Positions 37,297-47,173 of a DNA stretch of 64,000 bases are shown one piece after another. The stretch is taken from the IMG/VR virus record IMGVR_UViG_3300043446_001478, positions 2,604 to 66,603 of that record; one strand, 5' to 3'. Under the pieces are notes generated by a model. That model was not told the origin of the DNA and did not search any database. It saw only the letters and a program-made list of their open reading frames with translations. The translations under genes were made by a program, and so were the position numbers. Each line of letters opens with the position of its first letter. The stretch's first letter is position 1. The DNA is from a virus.

Positions 37297-38465
37297 TAAC
37301 AAATAACGGTAAAAATATAATAGCAAAATATCTTGTAGGCCAATCCCCAGCGTATGCCTCATATATTGCAGTTGGCTGCGGATCAAAACCATTAGATACA
37401 GACGGTACATTTGGAAACTATTCTGCAAAGGAAGCATTAGATTTTGAGATGTTCCGTGTTCCTATAACCTCCAGGGGATTTATTAAAGACGAGGATGGCA
37501 CAGCAAAGATTGTATTAACTGCAGAACTTCCAACAGAAGAAAGATATGAGATTTCTGAAATTGGAGTTTATTCTGCAGGAGCAAATCCAACTGCTGGAGC
37601 ATATGATAGTAAAACATTATTTGCTTTTTCTGAAGAGGAAAGTTGGAAGTATAATAATATTTCTGCATTAACTTCAAAATATGAACCATTAGATTCAACT
37701 GGCGAGGCTGGAAATATTCATATTAAAATTCCTACAGGTCAGCCAAATGCGGGAGAAGATTTAATGGCATTTCAAACTAATGCTAATAATAGAATATTCA
37801 CTAACCCTTCTAGAGAAACAAGATATGAAAGATGTAGATTTTTAAATAATATAGTAATTACAAATGGATATATGTCTGATTTAACAACTCAGGTTGTAAG
37901 TGGGCAAACAAAATTAACAGCAGGTCCTGGCAGCAACTACATCTCATTATCTGCGACAAGTCTTTCTTTAAATAAAAATGCACCAACAGATCAACTAAAA
38001 CTTGCATTTTCTGTTATTAATAAAAACAAAAATACTGTTTCTCCAGTAAATCCAGAAAAAGTTTATATTCTTATAGAATTTTCTAATAGCGATACTTTTG
38101 GAGAAGGACAGTGGGCAAGGTTTGAAACAATTCTTGATAACAGTAATTATGATTTTTCCTTAAACCGTTATTTTGTATCTACAAAAACATTACAAGAACT
38201 TACAAAAAGTTCAGACGGTTTTGATTGGTCTGCTGTTACTAATGTTAAAATTTATACTACCGTAATTGCAAATGGCTCAAAATCTGGAGACTTTTATGTA
38301 TGTCTTGATGCACTAAGATTAGAAAATGTAACATCTGTAAATCCATTGTATGGTCTTGTTGGTTATACTGTAATTAAAAATACAGATGCAAAGACAATTA
38401 TTAAAAATGCAAATACTACAAGTTATATAGAATTTAGATTTGCAGTAGGCGTTAATAATGTCTAA
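37293..38465 (+). CDS. Tail/baseplate-associated protein
   Basis: MIT..GK..IAKYL.G......YIAVG.G...L.FE..R.....I.E.G.Y N-terminal pattern of phage tail-collar/baseplate proteins. Confidence 0.55.
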   Translation: MITNNGKNIIAKYLVGQSPAYASYIAVGCGSKPLDTDGTFGNYSAKEALDFEMFRVPITSRGFIKDEDGTAKIVLTAELPTEERYEISEIGVYSAGANPTAGAYDSKTLFAFSEEESWKYNNISALTSKYEPLDSTGEAGNIHIKIPTGQPNAGEDLMAFQTNANNRIFTNPSRETRYERCRFLNNIVITNGYMSDLTTQVVSGQTKLTAGPGSNYISLSATSLSLNKNAPTDQLKLAFSVINKNKNTVSPVNPEKVYILIEFSNSDTFGEGQWARFETILDNSNYDFSLNRYFVSTKTLQELTKSSDGFDWSAVTNVKIYTTVIANGSKSGDFYVCLDALRLENVTSVNPLYGLVGYTVIKNTDAKTIIKNANTTSYIEFRFAVGVNNV

Positions 38466-38889
38466 TACTCCAGATTCAGGAATTAAAAAAGTTATAATTC
38501 CAAGATCATCATTACCACCAGTTGGAAAAGATGGAAAGTATTTAGTTAGATATAGAATAGTTTCAACAGATAGAAACAGATATTCTCACTGGTCCCCAAT
38601 ATATAATATATCAGGAAAGACTGTAGAAACAGTTACAGGTTCTGTTCAAAAAGTAGGAAACATTATAATGGTTGCTTGGAATATGGTTTCCGATATATCT
38701 TCCTATGATATTTTTATTAAATATGATAGTGAAACTAATTACACATATCACGGATCAACATCTTCCAATAATTACTCCATTATCAGTCAGGGAACAACTA
38801 CTGCTAATGTTGCTGTACAAATAGGCGGAATTATTAAAGAACAGAACAATGCTAATACTATTTATACTGGAACTATAAGTTTGGTATAA
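38458..38889 (+). CDS. Small beta-sandwich (FnIII-like) virion protein
   Basis: Y.VRYRIV......S.WS and V.W......YDIF patterns. Confidence 0.45.
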   Translation: MSNTPDSGIKKVIIPRSSLPPVGKDGKYLVRYRIVSTDRNRYSHWSPIYNISGKTVETVTGSVQKVGNIIMVAWNMVSDISSYDIFIKYDSETNYTYHGSTSSNNYSIISQGTTTANVAVQIGGIIKEQNNANTIYTGTISLV

Positions 38890-38905
38890 TTATCCAGGAG
38901 GAATT

Positions 38906-39349
38906 ATGGCAAAAGTACCACTACCAGAACGAGGACAACCATTAGACGTAAACTATTTGTTTACCTTAGCAAATGCTATTAATGAGGTGGCTCAATCAAT
39001 TTCGCCATCCTCTTCTAAATATGTAACCATAGATGTTGCAGGCACAGACAGACAATCTGTCAAAGCATCAGAAGCAAGAATAATTGGCACATATAAGGTA
39101 GTAGTTACCGACTCTTCAAGAAATGTTGGAGACGAAGAACCATTTGAATATGCTTATCCAGCAGAATTTAAATTTAAACCAATTGCAGTTGCTACTGCAG
39201 AAAATATTGGATTGACTAATGCTGGAGAAAATGTTTCAGTAGTTTTAAAGAGTGTTGGAACTTCAAAGGTAGAAGGGTTGGTAAGATTTAATGAAACTGG
39301 CAAACTGTCAGTTGCCGTTAATATTCTGGTCGTCGGCATACCGCTTTAA
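38906..39349 (+). CDS. Hypothetical (probable tail) protein
   Basis: TGGTATAAT (38882-38890) and AGGAGG RBS; ends V.I..VG as many tail-fibre-associated small proteins do. Confidence 0.55.
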   Translation: MAKVPLPERGQPLDVNYLFTLANAINEVAQSISPSSSKYVTIDVAGTDRQSVKASEARIIGTYKVVVTDSSRNVGDEEPFEYAYPAEFKFKPIAVATAENIGLTNAGENVSVVLKSVGTSKVEGLVRFNETGKLSVAVNILVVGIPL

Positions 39350-39540
39350 TGATAAATTGTATAAAGTGTTCAAGAAAAATGATGATAGACAGAGTTTACA
39401 ATTCTGTATCTCATTTAGAAATATACTGCCTTTGTTGTGGATCAAGAAAGTTTTTCCATCCACCGTCTGATTCGGAGGAAGGTAAATGGCTACTAAAAAA
39501 GGAAATAGAACGAGCGAAGAATACAATCTCGCCTCTGTAA
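39349..39540 (+). CDS. Small zinc-ribbon protein
   Basis: CIKC...CLCCG; TAATG-coupled. Confidence 0.6.
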   Translation: MINCIKCSRKMMIDRVYNSVSHLEIYCLCCGSRKFFHPPSDSEEGKWLLKKEIERAKNTISPL

Positions 39541-40028
39541 TACCTGGAAATAAAAAAGTTTGGTTTTTAAATAAAGATCTTGTTAGAGTTGTGCATTATA
39601 ACAGATCAAATGGCATTATGTCAATTTATAACATTAATAAAGATAGATTAGAAAGTTGCTTGATAAATGATTTTAAAACCAAAAGAGAACGGGCATATAC
39701 AGTAGGAGAAACTGCTGATTTAGTTAATAGACATAAAAAGTATATGCCCTCATTAATGAAGCGTGGAATTATTCCATTTCCAACAGGATCGCAAAAGGGT
39801 GGTGCTCGTGGATGGCAAGTAAGATCTTATTATTCAGAATCGCAAGTTCGTGAGATTCGTGATATACTGGCTACATACCATATTGGTAGACCAAGAAAAG
39901 ATAATTTAATAACAAATGATATCACTCCCACAAAGGCTGAGTTGACACGCAGAATGGGAGATGGTATACTGACATATACGAAGACTGAAGATGGAAGATT
40001 CATTCCAGTTTGGTCAGAATCAATTTAA
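39486..40028 (+). CDS. MerR-like helix-turn-helix DNA-binding protein
   Basis: YTVGETADLVNRH...L...GIIP......R.YSESQV; GGAGG upstream. Confidence 0.7.
   Translation: MATKKGNRTSEEYNLASVIPGNKKVWFLNKDLVRVVHYNRSNGIMSIYNINKDRLESCLINDFKTKRERAYTVGETADLVNRHKKYMPSLMKRGIIPFPTGSQKGGARGWQVRSYYSESQVREIRDILATYHIGRPRKDNLITNDITPTKAELTRRMGDGILTYTKTEDGRFIPVWSESI
39942..39970 (+). promoter_or_regulatory. Consensus promoter inside the MerR-like gene, reading into the replication genes
   Basis: TTGACA 39942-47, 17 nt, TATACT 39965-70 with TG extension. Confidence 0.7.
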
Positions 40029-40042
40029 CAGAAGGGTATGAA

Positions 40043-40249
40043 ATGGAAGATACTAAAGTATCAGTAACGCTTGGGTATACACTAAACCTTGGAAATTTCC
40101 AATCTTTAAGACTAGATCTTGGCGTTGTAGACTCAAAGCGTGATGGAGAAAATACAGATCAGGCGTTTGAGCGTGTATATAAATTTGTTGAAGATAAACT
40201 AACAGCAAAAATAGCAGAAGCGAAAGTTGAACTAGCAGAAAGCGAATAA
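40043..40249 (+). CDS. Small hypothetical protein
   Basis: V.V.LGYTLNLGNFQSLR.D motif common in phage replication regions; ATG 40043 preferred over track start 40010. Confidence 0.6.
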   Translation: MEDTKVSVTLGYTLNLGNFQSLRLDLGVVDSKRDGENTDQAFERVYKFVEDKLTAKIAEAKVELAESE

Positions 40250-40250
40250 T

Positions 40251-40559
40251 GTGACCGACAAACAGAAGCGCATGGCTCTGTTAAGTAGGTTTGATAAACA
40301 TTATAAGTTTAAACTAGAACAGAAGCCACAGTACAATAGGTGGGTAGAGCAGTGGTCTGCTGATGCACTTATTGAGTCGTACGGCTTAGATAAGTGCTAT
40401 GAATTATTAGAATATTATTTTGATATTACTCCAAACCCTTCTTGGAATCATTTTGCATATATTGCAGATGATATACTGGTAAGTATACAGGAACAAGAAA
40501 AAGATTTAAAAGAACGAGAACAGCGTAGACAGAAAGCGAAGGAATGGCTAAGTGAATAA
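40251..40559 (+). CDS. Hypothetical protein upstream of helicase (possible loader)
   Basis: Clean ORF overlapping helicase start; function inferred from position only. Confidence 0.55.
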   Translation: MTDKQKRMALLSRFDKHYKFKLEQKPQYNRWVEQWSADALIESYGLDKCYELLEYYFDITPNPSWNHFAYIADDILVSIQEQEKDLKEREQRRQKAKEWLSE

Positions 40560-41778
40560 TTCAGAAGTAAGATTAATATCAGCCGTTCTCAAAGACAAGC
40601 AAGCACATGTCATGTTGCAGGCAAACGTTGAGGGTATTCTAAAAACACATTTAGATGTTTGGCAGTTTATTAGAAAATATTATGAGCATAATGGAACAGT
40701 TCCTCCAGTAGAACTAGTTGTAGAAAAGTTTAGAGACTTTGAAGTTGTAGATGGTATTGGATCAACAAAACATCACCTTGAAGAATTACAGTCAGAATAT
40801 TTAGTTAATAGTTTAAAAGATATATTAAGATCTGCTGCAACAGATGTTCAGGGTGGACTTGGATTAGAAGCATTAGAGTCTTTAATTGCTAAGACTGCAG
40901 AACTTAGAAAAAACACAGCAGCCATTCGTGACATTGATGTAACAGATCTTGATTCTGCTGTTGCATATTTTGAAAATCTTAAGAAGCAACAAGAGGCTGG
41001 TGCACTTGGAATTAAAACTGGTCTTCCAGGGTTCGATAACTACCTACCTTCTGGAATCATGCCAGGGCAGTTAGGAGTCTTTCTTGCATATCCAGGCATA
41101 GGAAAGTCATGGTTGTCTCTCTATTTCGCTGTACAGGCTTGGAAACAGGGTCGTAGCCCAATGATCATAAGTCTTGAAATGTCTGAAGTTGAAGTTAGAA
41201 ATCGTGTATTTGCAATTATGGGAGAGGGCGTTTGGTCTCATCGTAAATTAAGTGCGGGACAGGTAGAGATGGACATGCTTAAATCATGGCATACTAAAAC
41301 AGTTAAGGGTAAGCCAGAGTTCCACATTATTTCAAACGATACTGGTGGTGATATCAATCCTATGGTTCTTCGTGGAAAGATTGATCAATATAAACCAGAT
41401 TTCGTTATTGTTGATTACCTCCAACTTATGTCTCCAAATCAAAAGTCAGATAACGAAACTGTAAGAATGAAAAATCTTTCACGTGAATTAAAGTTAATGG
41501 CTATTGCAGAAGAAGTTCCTATTATTGCTATTTCGTCTGCCACCCCTGATGATGTAACTAAACTTGAAACCGTTCCAACACTTGGTCAAACTGCATGGTC
41601 AAGACAGATTGCCTACGACGCAGACTGGGTTTTGGCACTTGGTCGAGGTACAAATAGTGATATTATAGAATGCGTATTTCGAAAGAACCGTAATGGTTTT
41701 ATGGGCGAATTCTTAGTTCAGGCTGATTTTGACAAGGGATATTATAGATACAAGGATTATGAAGATAAGTCAGTATAA
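40552..41778 (+). CDS. dnaB: Replicative DNA helicase (DnaB family)
   Basis: Walker A AYPGIGKS, ISLEMS, VIVDYLQLM, SRELK..A, I.YDAD, KNRNG. Confidence 0.93.
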   Translation: MNNSEVRLISAVLKDKQAHVMLQANVEGILKTHLDVWQFIRKYYEHNGTVPPVELVVEKFRDFEVVDGIGSTKHHLEELQSEYLVNSLKDILRSAATDVQGGLGLEALESLIAKTAELRKNTAAIRDIDVTDLDSAVAYFENLKKQQEAGALGIKTGLPGFDNYLPSGIMPGQLGVFLAYPGIGKSWLSLYFAVQAWKQGRSPMIISLEMSEVEVRNRVFAIMGEGVWSHRKLSAGQVEMDMLKSWHTKTVKGKPEFHIISNDTGGDINPMVLRGKIDQYKPDFVIVDYLQLMSPNQKSDNETVRMKNLSRELKLMAIAEEVPIIAISSATPDDVTKLETVPTLGQTAWSRQIAYDADWVLALGRGTNSDIIECVFRKNRNGFMGEFLVQADFDKGYYRYKDYEDKSV

Positions 41779-41786
41779 TATGCGGT

Positions 41787-42113
41787 ATGGAGACATATCA
41801 GCACAAACCAATAAAAAGGTTTGGAATGGACGGAGTAATCTACGATGACTCATCCATATATAGATTGCAGCAAGAATATATCAGGTTACTGGTATCTGAG
41901 ATGCGTCTATCTGGGTATGTTCCAAGGTTTGATATTGATCCACAATTTACAATAGAATATAATGAAAAAAATAATACATATAACTTTATACTAAGCATAT
42001 ACGGAATATATATAGGGAGAAAGAAAAGCGAATGGATATTAGGAATAGACGGAACGAAAGCAATGCCTATACAGCCAACCAAATCAAGAGAGTACTCGCA
42101 GGATCTGGCTTAA
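41787..42113 (+). CDS. Hypothetical protein
   Basis: ORF with TATAAT 7 nt upstream; 3' end overlaps primase by 82 nt. Confidence 0.6.
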   Translation: METYQHKPIKRFGMDGVIYDDSSIYRLQQEYIRLLVSEMRLSGYVPRFDIDPQFTIEYNEKNNTYNFILSIYGIYIGRKKSEWILGIDGTKAMPIQPTKSREYSQDLA

Positions 42114-42976
42114 ACATAGAAAAAGAAACAGAATCTGAGTATGTTGTTTTTTGTCCATTCCATGCAAACCATAGAACCCCTGCTGGCGAAATAAATAAAT
42201 ATAGCGGTTTGTTTTTTTGTTTTTCATGTAGCCATACCGCAGATTTAGTAGAGTTGGTAATGGTTTGCTCTAATAGAACATATTTTGAGGCTGTTAGATT
42301 TATTAAAAGCAAAGAAGTAGAGACAAATATTGTTTCTGATATTTCTTCCAAGTTAGTTGAAAAAGAAGAATGGCCAGAGTTAGATATGTCTATAGTAAAT
42401 AAACTATATGGGCAGGCATTAAAAAGTGAAAGAGCAATAAATTACTTTACTAGTAGAAAAATAAATCAAGATTCTATAAATAAGTTTAAACTTGGATATT
42501 CTGAAAATCAAGATATGGTTACTATTCCTGTACAAAATCATGAAGGTCTGTGTGTTGGATTTGTTGGAAGATCTGTAGAGGGTAAAATTTTTAAAAATAC
42601 AACGGGACTTCCAAAATCAAAAGTATTATTTAATTTAAATCGTGTCAAGACTGCAAGTCGTGTTTATGTAGTAGAGTCATCGTTTGATGCTATAAGACTT
42701 GACCAAGTTGGACTACCAGCAGTTGCTACCCTTGGGGCCAATGTTTCCTCAAAACAAATAGGTTTGCTTCAGAAGTACTTTAGCGATATAATGATTATTG
42801 CTGATAATGATGAGGCAGGCGGTAACATGAAAGAAAAAATAATTGAAAGATTAGGTTCTCATGTTACTGTAATAAATATAGATAAACAATATAAGGATAT
42901 AGGCGATATGGATGATAAGTCAATAAAAGAACTGGACTTGCAGTTTGACAAATCAATACTGTCTATGCTAAACTAG
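42032..42976 (+). CDS. dnaG: DNA primase (CHC2 zinc finger + TOPRIM)
   Basis: CPFH...FFCFSC zinc finger; VVESSFDA, VATLG, ADNDEAG, KDIGD. Confidence 0.9.
   Translation: MDIRNRRNESNAYTANQIKRVLAGSGLNIEKETESEYVVFCPFHANHRTPAGEINKYSGLFFCFSCSHTADLVELVMVCSNRTYFEAVRFIKSKEVETNIVSDISSKLVEKEEWPELDMSIVNKLYGQALKSERAINYFTSRKINQDSINKFKLGYSENQDMVTIPVQNHEGLCVGFVGRSVEGKIFKNTTGLPKSKVLFNLNRVKTASRVYVVESSFDAIRLDQVGLPAVATLGANVSSKQIGLLQKYFSDIMIIADNDEAGGNMKEKIIERLGSHVTVINIDKQYKDIGDMDDKSIKELDLQFDKSILSMLN
42945..42974 (+). promoter_or_regulatory. Promoter for SSB/polymerase genes in the primase 3' end
   Basis: TTGACA 42945-50, 18 nt, TAAACT 42969-74 with TG extension; AAAGGAG RBS follows. Confidence 0.6.
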
Positions 42977-42996
42977 AGAAAACAAAGGAGAAAACT

Positions 42997-43659
42997 ATGA
43001 GCGTTATTAAAGGACTAAAAAATATTAATGCCTTGCTCGATAAGAAAAATGATGACAATGCACCAAAAGTGCGTTGGTTAAAGTTGGCAGATGGGCAATC
43101 TGTAAAGATTCGTTTCATTGAAGAACTAGATGAGGACTCTGCACATTATGCAGAACCTCGTGGACTTGCACTTGTTGTTAAGGAACATACAAATCCAAAA
43201 GATTACAAGCGTAAAGCCGTAGATACATTAGATACAGAAGGTCGTGATTGGGCTGAAGAGATGTATCGTAAAGATCCAAAGGGAAATAGTGGATGGCGTG
43301 GTCGTCTTCGTTTTTATTGCAATGTTCTTGTTGAAGACGGAATTGAAGATAAGCCTTACGTTGCTATTTGGTCAATGGGTGTAAGCAAGCAATCTGCTTT
43401 TAATACAATTCGTGAATATGCTCTTGAAACAGGAAGCATTTCAAATGTAGTCTGGAAATTAAAGCGTAATGGTCAGGGAACTGAGACATCATATACTTTG
43501 ATTCCATCTGCTCCAGATAAGGAGCCATTTAAGTGGGAAGGCATTGAGCCATATCCATTGGAGAAAGCACTTCGTCGTGTTCCATATGCGGAGCAAGAAG
43601 CGTTTTATCTTGGATTTGATTCTCCATCTACAACATCAGCGACGAATATCGACTGGTAG
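42997..43659 (+). CDS. Single-stranded DNA-binding protein (gp32-like OB fold), putative
   Basis: W.KL.DG..V.IRF, K.KR.G.G..T.Y and acidic/aromatic C-terminal tail (NIDW); position between primase and polymerase. Confidence 0.65.
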   Translation: MSVIKGLKNINALLDKKNDDNAPKVRWLKLADGQSVKIRFIEELDEDSAHYAEPRGLALVVKEHTNPKDYKRKAVDTLDTEGRDWAEEMYRKDPKGNSGWRGRLRFYCNVLVEDGIEDKPYVAIWSMGVSKQSAFNTIREYALETGSISNVVWKLKRNGQGTETSYTLIPSAPDKEPFKWEGIEPYPLEKALRRVPYAEQEAFYLGFDSPSTTSATNIDW

Positions 43660-43662
43660 TAG

Positions 43663-46600
43663 ATGAACTACGTTCCATTACATTTACATACTCACTTTTC
43701 GTTATTCGATGGTATTGGGTTGCCATCAGAATATGTAGAACGTGCTGCAAAGTTGGGTATGCCTGCAATTGCGATTACAGACCATGGCTCCCTTTCTGGC
43801 CACAGAGAAATGTATCGTGTTGCTAAATCTAATGGGGTAAAACCTATTCTTGGCATAGAAGGGTATATGTGTGAAGATAGATTTGATCAGCGAGACAAAG
43901 CAGATCGAACAACTCCACTCGATATGGTTTATAATCATATTATCCTTCTTGCCAAGAATCAGGTTGGTCTAGAAAATCTTAATAAGTTAAATGAGATAGC
44001 GTGGACAGAGGGTTATTATAAAAAACCACGCATTGATTTTGAAGTACTATCTAAATATAAAGAAGGTATTATAGTTTCTTCAGCATGTCCAAGTGGAATT
44101 ATTGCTAAGTCTATTGAACTTGAAGAACTTGGAATGGCAAAAAAATATATTAAATGGTTTAAAGAACAGTTTGGTGATGATTATTATCTTGAGGTAATGC
44201 CACATAATGATGAGTCAATCAACAGAAATATTTTATTATTAGCAGATGAGTTTAACGTTAAGCCAATCGTTACTCCAGACTGCCACCATGTTGATCCTTC
44301 ACAAAAAGAAGTTCAGGAATTAAAATTAATTCTTAATACTTATTCTAATAAGATTCAAAAAGATGCCACATATGAAAAGTCAAAAAAGCAAGGGGACTTA
44401 ATGAAACGTCTTGACTATTTGTATGGTGCAGATAGACAGATGTCATTTAATAAGTTTAACATTCACCTATTGTCATTTGAAGAGATTCAGGCTGCTATGG
44501 AGGAACAGGCAATCTGGAGAACTGATATTTATGAAAACACTATTGACCTTGCTAATAAAATTGAAGACTATGATATTAAAGATGGATTAAATCTTCTGCC
44601 AGTTCAATATAAGAACCCTGATAAGCAATTATCTGATCTTGCATACGAAGGTTTAAAGAATAAAGGTTTGGCAGATAATAAAGAGTATGTTGATAGACTT
44701 GAAGAAGAATTAAAGGTTATCAAAGATAAAAAGTTTGGTCCATACTTTCTTGTTGTTCAGAGTATGATTTCTTGGGCTAAGAAAGAAGGAATCATGGTAG
44801 GTCCAGGTCGTGGATCATCTGCTGGCTCATTACTTTGCTACACACTTGGTATTACAGATATTGATCCAATAGAACACGGACTTTTGTTCTTCCGCTTTAT
44901 TAATCCAGAGCGTAATGATTTTCCAGATATTGATACAGATATTCAAGATTCTCGTCGTGATGAGGTTAAAGATTATCTTGTTAGACAATATAAACATGTT
45001 GCATCAATTGCTACATTTTTAGAATTTAAAGACAAGGGTGTTGTAAGAGATGTTGCTCGTGTTTTAAATATTCCTCTTGTCGATGTAAACAAGGTATTGA
45101 AATTAGTAGACACATGGGATGAATACTGTACATCAAAAACCACTGCGTGGTTTAGAGAGAAATATCCAGAGGTAGAACAATATGGAGAACAACTTCGTGG
45201 TCGTATTAGAGGTACTGGCATACACGCTGCTGGTGTTGTCACTAGTAAAAATCCTATTTTTAGATACGCACCAATGGAGACACGCAATTCTCCTGGTAGC
45301 GATGATCGTATTCCAGTTGTGGCTGTTGACATGGAAGAGGCTGAAAAGATTGGCCTTATCAAAATAGATGCCCTAGGACTTAAAACATTAAGTGTAATTA
45401 ACGACACATTAAAAATTATTAAAGAGCGTGAAGGCACAGATATTAATTTGCTTAATATTGATATGTCTGATCAAAAAGTTTATCAAATGCTTTCTGAAGG
45501 ATACACTAAGGGTGTCTTCCAATGCGAAGCAACACCATATACTAACCTACTTGTAAAGATGGGTGTAAAGAGTCTTGCAGAACTATCTGCTTCCAACGCT
45601 TTGGTTCGTCCAGGTGCTATGAATACAATTGGCAAAGACTATATTGAAAGAAAACATGGCAGACAAGCAGTCAATTATCTGCACCAAACCATGAAACCTT
45701 TTACAGAAGAGACATATGGGTGTATCCTATACCAAGAGCAGGTTATGCAGGCCTGCGTTGAATTAGGAGGCATGTCTTGGTCTGAGGCTGATAAGGTTCG
45801 TAAAATTATCGGCAAGAAAAAAGATGCAAGAGAGTTTGATGCGTTTCAGGAACAATTCGTTAAAGGTGCTTCTAGGTTTATTAGTCCTAATCAGGCTCGT
45901 GATTTATGGCATGACTTTGAGGCGCATGCGGGTTATTCGTTCAACAAGTCTCATGCGGTTGCTTATTCTACGCTCTCGTATTGGACAGCGTGGCTAAAAT
46001 ATTATTATCCAATTGAATTTATGTATTCATTGTTGAAAAATGAAAGGGACAAAGATGCACGAACTGAATATCTTATTGAAGCAAAAAGAATGGGCATTAG
46101 CATTAAGTTACCTCACATTAACGATTCGGATATTGATTTTAAGATTGAGGGTAAAGGTATTCGGTTCGGACTTAGTGCTATCAAGTTCATATCTGACAAA
46201 ATTGCACAGAGATATATTGAATCACGACCATTCGGTTCGTACAAAGAACTTGAAGAATTTACATTCACAAAAGGAAACGGAGTAAACAGCCGTGCACTTC
46301 AAGCATTAAGAATTATTGGTGCAGCAACATTTCCAGATAATCCAAGAAATGATAATGAGATTAAAGAAAATCTTTATGAGTATTTGGGCTTACCAGAGTT
46401 TACGCAAACAGTACCTTCTCACTTTCATGCTTTTATTAATCCCGTAGAAGACTTTGAAGAAAAAGGATCTTTTATTCTTATGGGAATGGTTAAGGGAATT
46501 AAGCGTGGTAAAGGTTGGTCACGTGTAGAAATATTAGACAAAACAGGAAGCATAGGAGTATTTGATGAAGAGCAAACTACAATTGAGGCTGGACGAAGTT

Positions 46601-46941
46601 ATATTGCACTCTGTTCTGATAACAGAATTGTTAGTGCTGTTCCTGTGGACGAGATAAAGGGATCAGATTCAGCATTAGTAAAGTTTTTAAATTATAGAAT
46701 GCTTCCATATAAAGACGATGAGTTATTCGTGGTATCATTTAAACCAAGAGTAACGAAAGCAGGCAAAAAGATGGCATCTCTGACTCTAGCAGATACTTCT
46801 AGAGAACTTCATCCAGTTACAGTGTTTCCTACTGCCTTTGCAAAAGCATATATGAAGATTGAAGAAGGCCATGCCTATAAATTTGATTTAGGTAAAACAA
46901 AAGATGGAACAGTTATATTGGAGGATATTAAAAATGGATAA
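43663..46941 (+). CDS. dnaE: DNA polymerase III alpha subunit (family C)
   Basis: PHP domain HLHTHFS.FDG, AITDHG; GRGSSAGS, PDIDTD, HAAGVV, KIDALGL, GVFQ, YQEQVM, YSFNKSHA. Confidence 0.96.
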   Translation: MNYVPLHLHTHFSLFDGIGLPSEYVERAAKLGMPAIAITDHGSLSGHREMYRVAKSNGVKPILGIEGYMCEDRFDQRDKADRTTPLDMVYNHIILLAKNQVGLENLNKLNEIAWTEGYYKKPRIDFEVLSKYKEGIIVSSACPSGIIAKSIELEELGMAKKYIKWFKEQFGDDYYLEVMPHNDESINRNILLLADEFNVKPIVTPDCHHVDPSQKEVQELKLILNTYSNKIQKDATYEKSKKQGDLMKRLDYLYGADRQMSFNKFNIHLLSFEEIQAAMEEQAIWRTDIYENTIDLANKIEDYDIKDGLNLLPVQYKNPDKQLSDLAYEGLKNKGLADNKEYVDRLEEELKVIKDKKFGPYFLVVQSMISWAKKEGIMVGPGRGSSAGSLLCYTLGITDIDPIEHGLLFFRFINPERNDFPDIDTDIQDSRRDEVKDYLVRQYKHVASIATFLEFKDKGVVRDVARVLNIPLVDVNKVLKLVDTWDEYCTSKTTAWFREKYPEVEQYGEQLRGRIRGTGIHAAGVVTSKNPIFRYAPMETRNSPGSDDRIPVVAVDMEEAEKIGLIKIDALGLKTLSVINDTLKIIKEREGTDINLLNIDMSDQKVYQMLSEGYTKGVFQCEATPYTNLLVKMGVKSLAELSASNALVRPGAMNTIGKDYIERKHGRQAVNYLHQTMKPFTEETYGCILYQEQVMQACVELGGMSWSEADKVRKIIGKKKDAREFDAFQEQFVKGASRFISPNQARDLWHDFEAHAGYSFNKSHAVAYSTLSYWTAWLKYYYPIEFMYSLLKNERDKDARTEYLIEAKRMGISIKLPHINDSDIDFKIEGKGIRFGLSAIKFISDKIAQRYIESRPFGSYKELEEFTFTKGNGVNSRALQALRIIGAATFPDNPRNDNEIKENLYEYLGLPEFTQTVPSHFHAFINPVEDFEEKGSFILMGMVKGIKRGKGWSRVEILDKTGSIGVFDEEQTTIEAGRSYIALCSDNRIVSAVPVDEIKGSDSALVKFLNYRMLPYKDDELFVVSFKPRVTKAGKKMASLTLADTSRELHPVTVFPTAFAKAYMKIEEGHAYKFDLGKTKDGTVILEDIKNG

Positions 46942-47173
46942 AGTTATTGTATATACAAATCCTAATTGCGTTCAATGCGAACAAACTAAAAAATTTTTAG
47001 ATCGTGAGTCTATTGATTATGAAGTAAAAGATTTAACAGAAAACAAAGATGATCTTGTAAGATTTATTAATATGGGTTTTAAATCTGCTCCAATTGTAGA
47101 AACAGAAGACGACATATGGTCAGGTTTTAGAATAGATAAATTAAAGACACTAGCAGTAAGGAGAAGTCAATGA
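46934..47173 (+). CDS. nrdH: NrdH-like glutaredoxin
   Basis: VYT.PNCVQC..TK..L, G..SAP.V, WSGFR.D signature. Confidence 0.88.
   Translation: MDKVIVYTNPNCVQCEQTKKFLDRESIDYEVKDLTENKDDLVRFINMGFKSAPIVETEDDIWSGFRIDKLKTLAVRRSQ

Noticed and set aside
43663-46941. Inteins or introns in dnaE (also checked nrdJ, dnaB, recA, terL)
   Set aside because: Lengths are ordinary, frames are uninterrupted and no intein C1...HN or LAGLIDADG motifs were seen.
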